Assembly (NCBI GenBank): GCA_013115145.1
Contig: JAAPAO010000364.1
Span: 1-35,952, forward strand
Direction: 5' to 3'
DNA length: 35,952 nucleotides
From: Perkinsus chesapeaki ATCC PRA-425
Taxonomy: Eukaryota > Protista > Perkinsozoa
Both the position numbers and the translations under genes were made by a program. This document shows positions 12,579-23,304 of the stretch, piece after piece. The notes beneath the pieces are model-generated. The model was not told the origin of the DNA. It did no database searches and saw nothing but the letters and a program-made list of their open reading frames with translations. Within the stretch, counting starts at the first letter, position 1, and every line of letters begins with the position of its first letter.

Positions 12579-14896
12579 TTATACAACACTCGAGTCATCT
12601 TCAGAAACATCTTCTTTTTCGACCGACTTCATTCGACTATTGAAATTCTGTACACATTTTGTGAACAGATGGACGGTGAAACCTAAGGGGACTCGGAATT
12701 AGAATTATTATTGTTATTGTTGAGGTCGTCGCCTTACATCCAAGAAATGCAGCAAAACCATAACGTCCTCCAATGTCACCTGTCCACCACCAAATAGATA
12801 TTAATAATATACCACTCCAAATACCAGTAATAAATATTGATATTATATCCGATAATATTGGCTTATTATTAATAGATATTAATGAATATGAACCAGGTGA
12901 TGCAGCTGGACCACTCATACCTAATAATAATTATAATAATAATAACTAACAACAACAACAACCATTACCAACAAATGAACCTGTCCAAATGAACAACATC
13001 AACGGGTTCGTGCTGGGCGGTAAAAACACGCTCGCTGCCAAACTGACAACCGATGACGCCGTTACAGGATTGGCAGAGTGATGAACATGAAACCACAATG
13101 TGAAGGACTAAGGACAGCAAAATCGCGACATTTCGTGGCGAGTGACGCACCGCTGAGAGTCCACAAGCAGTGATCATGCCGATAGAACTCAGCATTGACA
13201 GCAGTAGAGAATCATATCGAAATAACCAGATTCCAGTCCTGAGCACAAGTAACTGCATGTCGGGGCATTCACTCTTACCAATTAGTGATGCCATATTCAG
13301 GATTGAGTGTTGCGGTGTCCCATGTAGCTTGACCGAATAGGACCAAAATGACCGCCGATAGATGACCAGCGAGATAGGCAGTTGCGCCTGTTAGAGCACA
13401 CGGTGGTCAATTGATATGGGGAAATCGGAGCTACCTAATTTGCCACCGATCCCTAGAAAAAATGGCCGGAAGGCGAAACTAAGGATGACGAAAAGGAGGG
13501 CTATGAAACCTTCCCAACGAAGAGTGAACGCCTGAACAATGCCATACCGACACTTCCACAACTAGTCTTACTTTGCTGGATGATGAAGCGATGAACCCAG
13601 CACCTAGCGAGAACTCCCTGTATGGCGAGGGGAGCAAGCTTCCTGCTATAACCTAACACAAGTGGCAGCTTTCAGCTGCACCAGCTCGGAAACCTCCAAA
13701 CCCAATCGCAAAATTATGCAGTCATAAATAGACTAACGCAGAGGATACGCTTATCGTTGGACTGTGATCTCCCTGGGGACTGCTCCACTGGACCGTGGCT
13801 AATAGGAATACAAATTGGCAGAGGAGTCTTTGTTATGTGGGATATAATACGAATGGATATGGAGTATATGGCCCTGTTAAATCCGATTTAAAAAATATAT
13901 TAAACGAGGAGGGAGAACGAAACACGAAATCTGATAACAACTGATGGTCCCAGCGGCTTATGCACAAAGATTCAAGCCTTCAAGCTTAAATTCCTGTCCT
14001 GCACAAATAGATCATATTAGAAGGAAACGCTAACCGAGTGAAAGCCTGGAGACATAAATGACAACCCTGCTGGCTGCTTCAGAGAATAACTTATTCGGGC
14101 GAGACGAATGTTCCAAAGCCTCGGCAAAACCGAATAACATATGACAAACTGAGGCAAGTCACGGTAAATCCAAAACGGACACCGAGCGGCGGCAATACAC
14201 TAATAAAACTACACCAGGGCTGCTTGCAACGAATTAGCCCACTGCCCACTCGATAGTCGTACAACGGCATGGAGAGCCGTTGAAAACACATACGGCGATC
14301 TTATCAACAGAGCAGTGACCGCCTGCGCGCTCAGAGCATCCTCCCACCGTTCTCAAACCAACCCGATATTACCCCTACGACGCTTGATGCGGTCATGCCG
14401 GTGACATTATTAACGTCACGCGCTATATATTTAGCCAAAAGCTGTGATGACAGTGTAACGGTGTAGGCCAGAAGGAAGTCCTTGAGGAGGGGAAGGAATT
14501 GAACGAACAGGAGAGTAGCAATTCTGGAGGATTGTGCTTCATTATTTGTACGCATCTGTCAGCGAAAAAAACTGTGAACAGGCCTGGCTTGTTAACGTTG
14601 AAACTCAAGATTCTTATTATTAAGACACATGTTGGCTGCATTCCCCATGGACAGGATGATGCTCTCCACCACCACCACACGGTAGGCTCTGCCGCCGTTC
14701 CAGGGTGATACCAGCAAATGCTGCAATGACGCCACCAAGCAGAGTGATGCCTTTTGGCAGGGATATCTGATGGAGGAATCACTCATCAGTATAATATTAT
14801 TACCTCATTAATTATAGCATAGCCGAAAGATGCCACCCAGATGCCCACAATGACGAATAGCGCTGCTGCAGATAAAACCAATAAACGGTAGGCCAA
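12579..14896 (-). CDS. Uncharacterised dual-repeat multi-pass membrane protein, paralog 2, with extra N-terminal TM exons (may extend to ~15650)
   Basis: LLAKYIARDVNNVTGMTASSVVG|(720-nt intron 13653-14372)|VIAGSLLPSPYREFSLGAGFIASSSSK|AFTLRWEGF..FLGIGGKLG|..NPVTASSVVSLAASVFLPPSTNPLMLFIWTGSFVG|MSGP..GDIGGRYG|..FTVHLFTK..DDSSVV* (stop 12579-12581). Phase-0 exons 14804-14896 and 14629-14766 splice in frame onto 14555. Confidence 0.75.
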
Positions 14897-15769
14897 CTAA
14901 GGGAAGTTGCATTATCGCCTCTTGCCTGTTGGGTACCCTTTTTTGCCGTTTCAAAGTCTTCCTGGCTTGCCTTTCACGCTGAAGCTCCAGAAGGCATCTT
15001 GTTAGGAGAGCTGGATCGACGCCGTTCTTCGCCTAGAAAAGATACTTCTACACATCAGCAATGCGGGGTGGTGTTGATATGGAATTCAATCCAAAACAAA
15101 TACAGACGGATCGAATGACAAGGCTTGAAGATATCAACTATTGTAATACCGGTTATCTGCCCGAAGGAGGATCACCTACCGTAAAGTCCTCCTCCTCCTC
15201 AAGAGAGTACTTCAAGCACCTAAACCCGAGCTGTAGCTTCAGACAACAGCGTCGCTACTTCTCATCTCCAGCAGGGAACTGGGTGTATATATCGGCTGTC
15301 ATGGAAGCAATAAGTATTAGCTGAAATCATCGCCTACAGATCTTAGCGGAAAAAATTCAGACATTTCACGGAATTTCTGGCATCCTCCAGCGAGTATCCC
15401 AACCGAGGATGCCCAAAAAATGCCAACACTGCCTAAAACGGCTCCTGAATTAATGGCGAGAACTCTACAAAGGAAACACTTTGCTGGAAATGACAACGGG
15501 AACTGTCGAAACCGAACAATGATCGGTGGGGTTATCAATTAACAGCAATTGTAGAATCGTTGTAAAGTTATATAGACGATAGGAACATATATACCAGCAG
15601 TAACGACATCACCCCACAGCACCGAGCACACCAGGAGCGGCTTCGGTGATCTGTATAGTGATGATAACCATATTAAGTAACGTACACGAAGAACTATACA
15701 CTAGCTGTAGAAGCATGAAGAAATAATAAGCGACTAAATGCAGCAGCAGCAAAGGCCTGGAATGGCTAC

Positions 15770-17505
15770 TTAGAGATAGGCCTGCATTTCAGACACCGAG
15801 CGTCGTGATGTGTGAATGCTATCCATTTCCACTGCATTTCTGTAACGTGGCATCTGGAGCGTCTCGATAACCACGCCGCTTTCATTATCGTCATTGGCTT
15901 CCTCTTCTGGTTCGGCAATAGCATTTGGCGCATCAACAGAATCCTCACCAAACACGCCTGCTGCGGAATCTCTACTTTGCACCGACGAGAGTTCATCGTC
16001 AGATCCGCGATGACTGTCATTTTCCGGATCAGGTTCGTCGCCAGAGGCGCCCTTAAACCCTTCGGAGACCTCATCATCTGGTTCGCTCTTCACTGCCTTC
16101 ATTTCGAATGCAGACACAATATCATCAGTACTACTGCTGTCAATCTTCTTCTTGCTCAGACCATTATCCTCCAGAGCTGCCTTAAGCTCCCTCCTCTCAT
16201 TGCGCCATTTCGTGAACAAATGCATCGGCAAGCCTGATTGGGAATAATAATCAACTGTTTGGGCATGGAGACTTACATGCACAGTGGGCGATGAATCCGA
16301 ATTTCCCACCGATACCAGGTGATGTCCACCAGATACCAATCTGGATTAAACCAGCAATGACGCCAGTGATGAATATCGATACCATATCAGAGTAAACCTG
16401 CGGTTTATTATCAAAATGCACGAGAGCGTAAGCGCCGGGTTTGGCAGCTGGAGCGCTCATACCTGAGTAGGACAATAGAGTTCTAGATTTATACGGTTAT
16501 GACTAATATTACCAACAAACGAACCAGTCCATATGAAGAAGTTGAGGGGATTCGTTGAAGGTGGTAGATACAAACCAGCTGCCAGTGATACTATAGATGA
16601 TGCCACCACTGGGTTGGAGTTCTTATCGAAATGAACATGCAACCACAAAGTTACACACTAAAAAATAAACAACTTTATTAATAGCATCCTAACACTCCGC
16701 TTACCCCGGCTAACGCGCATGCCAAGACGAATGCTATGTCGACGAATACGTTAGTAACAATACTTCCGTTGTTGAAGCGATAAAACCAAAAGTTGACCCT
16801 AAAGCAGGGAAATAAATGACCGATTCCAAGTCTAGTTGGGGGCAGTACCAAGTGCCGAACCTAGCTGTTGGATCCAAGCATGTGGTCTCCCAAGTACCTC
16901 CTTGGAAGGCGACAATAAATAATGCACTAATATGACCAGCAACGAACACAGTCATACCTGAGATGGATGCATGGTGGGTTGGAAGAGGCAATGGGCTTCT
17001 TACCTAGCTTGCCACCTAGGCCGTTGAGAATGGGACGGAAGGCGTTATTAACGGTAATGAAGACAAAGCAGACCCATGCCTCCCATTGTATAGTGAAAGC
17101 CTGAGGATGACGGTGGCGGTGGAATTGGGTAAATATATCTTACAGCATTGGTAGAACATGATGTGAAACCTCCACCATATGCAAACTCTCTATATGGGGA
17201 CGGTAAAGTGAGACCAGCAAGTAACTGAATATATAATATATTATAATAAATATTATTATTATTACACCAACAACACTTGCTGATGCTACACCATTAATAT
17301 GGTATACACCTCTTGCTACATATTTAGCAAGTAATTCATATGGGAATGTTATTAACCAACCAAGGACTTCTTTTGTGATAAAATCAGCAATAAAGTCATA
17401 AGTAGGTGATGGTTTCTTCCCTTCTCTACGAAATAACTTAAAGAGGAATATATTAAATATCCTCTCAGCTTCCTCCATTGAGAACCATATACCGTCGTAA
17501 GCCAT
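15770..17505 (-). CDS. Uncharacterised dual-repeat multi-pass membrane protein, paralog 3, with acidic C-terminal tail
   Basis: MAYDGIWFSMEE..LLAKYVARGVYHINGVASASVVG|LLAGLTLPSPYREFAYGGGFTSCSTNA|AFTIQWEAW..NGLGGKLG|MTVFVAGHISA..|FWFYRFNNGSIVTNVFVDIAF..|PVVASSIVSLAAGLYLPPSTNPLNFFIWTGSFVG|MSAPAAKPG..SPGIGGKFGFIAH..tail..RRSVSEMQAYL*. All joins use GT-AG introns. Confidence 0.85.
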
Positions 17506-17914
17506 ATTTATATAGTATGCCCCAAAGGGTAGTGAAACTAAAAAATCAAAGTAATAATTGACAACCAAAGTGACACAAAATAATAATCGTCCGTGGCTAA
17601 TCACCATTTGCTTAACCTGGAATACTCTAGAAAACCCGCCTCTGGCTGCAACGGACAGCCAATCCGACGAATTATTCATCTCTCTGGACGTCATACACCT
17701 TCACGCGCCTCGTAATTATATCGCCCGCCTTGTGCGGTGCACCGCTCGGCGCAAAAGCGTGTTACGAGACGAAGTTGTGGCCAACAGTCACGACCCATGA
17801 AAAACATCTCGAACCGTTTATAATGGAACAGCTTCTATGCTATTATTGTGTTCGTATTGAAGTATTCTTGCCGCAGGACTCCTGCGTATCTTCGAGCTAA
17901 ACAGCGTCGCGTTA

Positions 17915-20495
17915 GTGACAAAAGTGCTGTCACACGTTAGACGTGGACAGCAGTGCTGTCACAGCACCAATCTCTCGGATGATCGTCGAGTCATAACTTA
18001 TCAGAGATTTCGTCACGAAATTTTCGTGCTGTCTCCTTCGGAAGGGGGCCTTATCACACTCCCGTACCATGGGTTTTTACGATGACACTCTGAGTCAGCG
18101 CCACTGACACTTCGACGGCCAGATGCATCGCATGCTGCCCGAATCTGCAACTACGATTCGTTTTTTGTTTTCGGAAAGCAAAAACTCGTCGAATAGACTC
18201 ACAAAGTGAGTCTCACATAGAGGCCGACCTCTCGTCCATACTCTCAGACTCTGAGACTCAGTGTTACTCATAGCCGATTTGTCCTTTGACTGTCAAACTT
18301 TGACAAAGTTTGACATTGCTGACGACGCTTCCAGTGGAGATGATAAAGGTAATCGACTATCCTCCGGTCAACCCATTCGGTTGACCGTGGGTGACACTGT
18401 CACCCATCCCGAACAGGGCATGGGGCCCATGCCATGGGCCAAACATTCTCCGAGACGGTGGCTAATCCGTCATGTACCTTATAGTCTCGAATAGCTAAGC
18501 AGGCTTAAAGCAGCTGCCAAGTTGGCAGTGCCAACATCCATGCCCGAGGCTTGGACCTCAAGGTCCTTGAGGTCCTTGAGTCAAGGACTCCTTGACGAGG
18601 AGTAAGCGAGCTCGGAAGACCCGTAATGATAGAGAGCAAAAGTTTGGGAAGGAGAGAAAAAAGTTTGGGCCGGCGCGGAACAAAAGATTTGGTCGCCCAG
18701 TGGGCGCCGCCAACCTGGCGGTGTCAAGAGTCATGTCGCATGAGTCTCTGACTCTGCCGAATCGTATTGATAGGTCTCTGAGATAGAGACCTCTCTATAC
18801 ATTTCGGCATTAGCCTGGGACCTGTACACAACCACGTTGAGGCTTTCGCAAGCACAATTACTCGAAGGAACAGAGAGGTGGGCCACCTCAGGTGGCTTTC
18901 TCTCGATGAGAATCTCACCACAAAATGTGTATAATGCTATGAGATGGTTCCAAGAGCGACGCGATATTCCCTATTATGAGGAGTCCTCATGTGATCATGA
19001 TATGTCATATGGCATTCTCATAGGATCCCTAGATGGGTGCGATTATGGCGCTGCCATATCAGATTAGCTAATAGACCCGAGGGAAACCCTGATATTTCCT
19101 ACAATCGCGAAGGCTCCCATTCCCTGAGTTGCGTGCTCGTCGTTAGTGACGATATGATGGTAAAGTACGCACACGTTTCTAAGACAATGACGACAATTAA
19201 ATGTTCAAGTTCGTACCTGACGAAGGCGTCTTTGCCATTTCCCAGAGGCGTGACGTACCCATAGGCGGAAACAAGGCATGACACAAGGCAATAGACAAGG
19301 TGGAGCAAGTCACATGCGCAAATCCAACATGGATTTCTGAAACTGTTAGTAAGTGAACAGGTCACCTGGTGACCGTCACCATGAGCAGCTCATACATTCG
19401 CTTCGGCCAACTTGGCGAGTGGAGCTCGCATGACAGTAATTTAGTGTCACTAAGGATTTCTACTCTACAGTAATGGGAAGGCTTTGCACCAAGATTGCCT
19501 GTCACAAACAGCGGACTTGAGCTTACGAACTTTGACAGTTCGACAATTCAACTGGCAGATTCAGCGCACGTGACAGTTCAGCTGGCCAGTTCCCAGTAGG
19601 CCCAAATGTGAGCTGAGCGGGCACAATCATCACAAGGCTTGACACACCCCAGGCTGAGCCATAACATAAAGGCAGGCATGAATTCTAGATCAACAACCAG
19701 GCTACTGCCGTCTTGCGTAATACGCAAATGCGTATATCTGTCGCACTTTTCGCCATGTCCAATATTATTCATCCGCCGAATTTGCTGATTGAAACTCGAG
19801 CACCATCGTCGGTTCATTTTCATTTGAAGAATAAGCGAACGACCATCATGAGCTTCCGCTGGATGTCATCGCGTTACCCGATTCATGCGGTGGACGTTTC
19901 TGACAGAAACTTCCTGTAGTACGGAAATTCTGTAACATAATGGTGCTGTATGGTAAAGATTTTATAGTGAGATCACGACCAGCGGTCGTACTGTTACAGT
20001 TGTACTGTAAGCGATCGGCTCCTCTGGGGGCTAAAAACTTGTTAGTTACGCTCTCAATAACGGTTACAGTAACCGGGTTACTGAGTAACCTGATAGGTTA
20101 AACCCATCGAGAGCTTCCATAATCGCAGGTGATGCTTTAAAAATGAGGACCCTCTAATAGTTGAAGCTTGGTTGTGGGATGCTAACACGTGTGAAACTGC
20201 TACGAGCTACAGCACAGATATTCGCGTTCTTATTTACAACACGATCATTGCCTTTCGACACATAAAAACCTGAACATTGCTCAGTGTCACTTAGTCAGCG
20301 AGCAGCTGAACGGACTGAAATTGGGATTGCGCAGTGTTTCCTCGAACCACCACAAAGACTACAGAAATATGAGTGAAACCGAGCAACCGTTCCACCTACT
20401 GTAAAGAAGCACGGACGAAACATCGGGCAACTGACACTCTATCACTGATGATCACTCCGTACCGAGTGACCGTATACCGTCCATGATGGATGATA
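17915..20495. repeat. Non-coding field of short overlapping palindromes
   Basis: About 27 perfect palindromes with 6-12 bp arms and a single central base. Examples: 18291-18315 tgtcaaactttg-a-caaagtttgaca; 18553-18575 ggacctcaagg-t-ccttgaggtcc; 18388-18406; 20061-20100 (chain of four). Confidence 0.9.
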
Positions 20496-20497
20496 GA

Positions 20498-22906
20498 TCA
20501 AAGATAGTCTCCCATCTCGGTCATCGTTCTTTTCTTCATGCCTTGCGTGGTGCCCCCGTCATCATCCCGTCGACTCAGAGTCTCGATTATAACGCCGGCT
20601 CCCTCGTCCGAATCGGGAGGGCTTACAGTTGAAGACACGGGGGTGTTTCCTTCACTTGCACAATCACAGTCCGAGTCACCGGAAGAGGCATCGCTGAAAT
20701 TTGTGCTCCGATCCTCAGGTGGAGAATCATCGTTAGTAGCAGTGTGTCTGCCGCAACCAGCAGTCTTGGTTCCAGAATTGTCGAATTCGATCTTGAACAA
20801 CCTCCTCTCATCCCGCCACTTCGTAACCAGGTGGACAGGTACACCTGAAGGCGTAACAATGTCACGGTAAGCTATCATAAGTGATATATAGCAGTCATTT
20901 GGTTACGGCTGACCGAAGAATCAGCTAGGGCGTGGAGACTTACACGCACAGTGGGCGATGAATCCGAATTTGCCACCGATACCAGGTGATGTCCACCAGA
21001 TACCAATCTGGATTAAACCAGCAATGACGCCAGTGATGAATACCGATACCATATCAGAGTAAACCTGCGGTTTATTATCAAAATGCACGAGAGCGTAAGC
21101 GCCGGGTTTGGCAGCTGGAGCGCTCATACCTGAGTAGGATACAAAAGTAAAATAAGTCTGTAATATTATCCTGGGTAATATTCCAGATTTGTATAATATC
21201 CCAGGTAATTACTAAGGCGATAATTATTACCAACGAACGAACCAGTCCAAATGAATAGACTGAGGGGATTTGTAGAAGGCGGGAGATACAAACCGGCTGG
21301 TAATGATACCAATGCTGATGCTAGCACTGGATTAGAGTTCTTATCGAAATACACATGTATCCATAAGGTAATACACTAAGAAGCGCAATACACCATAAGG
21401 TATAAGACTAAATGACATACTCGTGAACCTACACCAGCGAGCGCACATGCAAGGATGAACGCTATGTCGACGAATACGTTAGTAACAATACTCCCATTAT
21501 TGAACCGATAAAACCAGAACTCGGACCTGAACCGGTAACTTCCCCCTGCCATCACTCTTCTGATCTCTTACCATGTCTGGAAGCGCTGGGTTGGATCAAG
21601 GCTTGAGGTTTCCCATGTGGCGCACTGGAATGCTACTATTAAGAGCGCACTGATATGTCCGGCTATGTAGACGGTGAAGCCTGCAGTAGTAGGTAATGCG
21701 AGCTAGATATGGGTGTGCAAGCTGCACCTAGCTTCCCGCCTAAGCCGTTGAGGATTGGACGAAATGCGTTGTTGACAGTGACGAAGACAATACACACCAA
21801 TGCCTCCCATTTTATAGTGAATGCCTAATAAGACAAAACAGAGTGGAAACAATTAGGTGCGATAGACGAAATCGCATATACACGTGCTCGGTAATGTATG
21901 TTTCTCCGGCGAATAATATCCGGATCGCGCAGCTGAAACTGTTTCAACTACAGTGTTACACTGTTTCACACTGTGCGGATCTCGCCACACAACTCGCTAT
22001 GAAGCTAGTAAGAGAAGGAGCGTAAAAAACAATTTCCAGCCTTTTTATCCATACGTTGGTAATACCGAGTCGGTATTTATCGGGTGCTTTTGAGAACGTA
22101 CTTCCTAGAATTTCGAGGGAGTACGGTAATTCCAAGCTGGTATAACGCTGTCCACAAGACGCATATTCCAGCGACATGCCTAGCCATAAAACTGGTCGGG
22201 GGAGGGATGCCTGAGCTGTAGCCATATCAAAAAAGTTGTCAAGAAGCAGTTTTGTTTCGCAACACCATATAGACTATATTGTGCTTCGAAATCAAAAGCT
22301 TTGATTCAAAGTGCTTCTCAAGTAGCGTTCAAGTCAGTTCTACAAGTAGCTATATGATATAGACTACTGTATATCATAGTTGCTAGTCGTGTCTATGACG
22401 GGATAAGACCATCTCTCGAGCTGTTACTCCAGATGTCACTTGCATCAATGAAGGATTAGTACCGAGTCTGAATTATATTATATAAGCTATACTCAAAGAC
22501 TTCAAGTTGAAGTCTAATCATACAGCAGACCCTGGAGATCTTACAGCATTGGTAGAACATGATGTGAAACCTCCACCATATGCAAACTCTCTATATGGGG
22601 ACGGTAAAGTTAGACCAGCAAGTAACTGAATATATAATATATTATAATAAATATTATTATTATTACACCAACAACACTTGCTGATGCTACACCATTAATA
22701 TGGTATACACCTCTTGCTACATATTTAGCAAGTAATTCATATGGGGATGTTATTAACCAACCAAGGACTTCTTTTGTGATAAAATCAGCAATAAAGTCAT
22801 AAGTAGGTGATGGTTTCTTCCCTTCTCTACGGAATAACTTAAAGAGGAATATATTAAATATCCTCTCAGCTTCCTCCATTGAGAACCATATACCGTCGTA
22901 AGCCAT
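20498..22906 (-). CDS. Uncharacterised dual-repeat multi-pass membrane protein, paralog 4
   Basis: Same exon series as paralog 3, with a 720-nt intron (21825-22544) after STNA. The tail ends GVIIETL..KRTMTEMGDYL*. Confidence 0.8.
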
Positions 22907-23304
22907 TTCAGTTACTCATACAAAAAGCCTTTAGCCAATTATTCAATACAAGAAATCTCGCTCGACAAAAGTCGACTCGACTTGGTCGCCTGCGAACGCA
23001 CACACACAAACCCAGAGATGTAGGTGAACACGTTTATCCAAAGAGGCGATCCACAGAGGACTGTTCCCATGCTAATTTGAAACTACTGTGCGCAACTACA
23101 TAGGTTGCTTCATGAAAATGGAACGGTAAATAATTAGAAACAAAAACAAAGCGTGAGATATCTTCCACTGAGAGTCTTCTATAACATTTAGAATGTATGA
23201 AGCTCACAACCCCTCGACAAAGGCCTCTACGCATGAGAAGCCTCGTCTGTGCTATTTGATAGACATTAAGTGCTCGTTATTACTAGCAACATCGAGCTAC
23301 AGTA

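Noticed and set aside
18261-19919. Short ORFs within the palindrome field (e.g. 18837-19067, 19578-19823) as a possible transposon or viral gene
   Set aside because: No transposase, RT, integrase or capsid motifs, no terminal repeats found, and the ORFs are crossed by palindrome chains, so they are likely chance frames.
17915-20495. CRISPR-like array interpretation
   Set aside because: The palindromes do not share a common repeat sequence, have no regular spacing, and no cas genes are present; the context is eukaryotic.
21956-22225. 89-aa ORF nested in the paralog 4 long intron
   Set aside because: No recognisable motif, and its length is within chance expectation.
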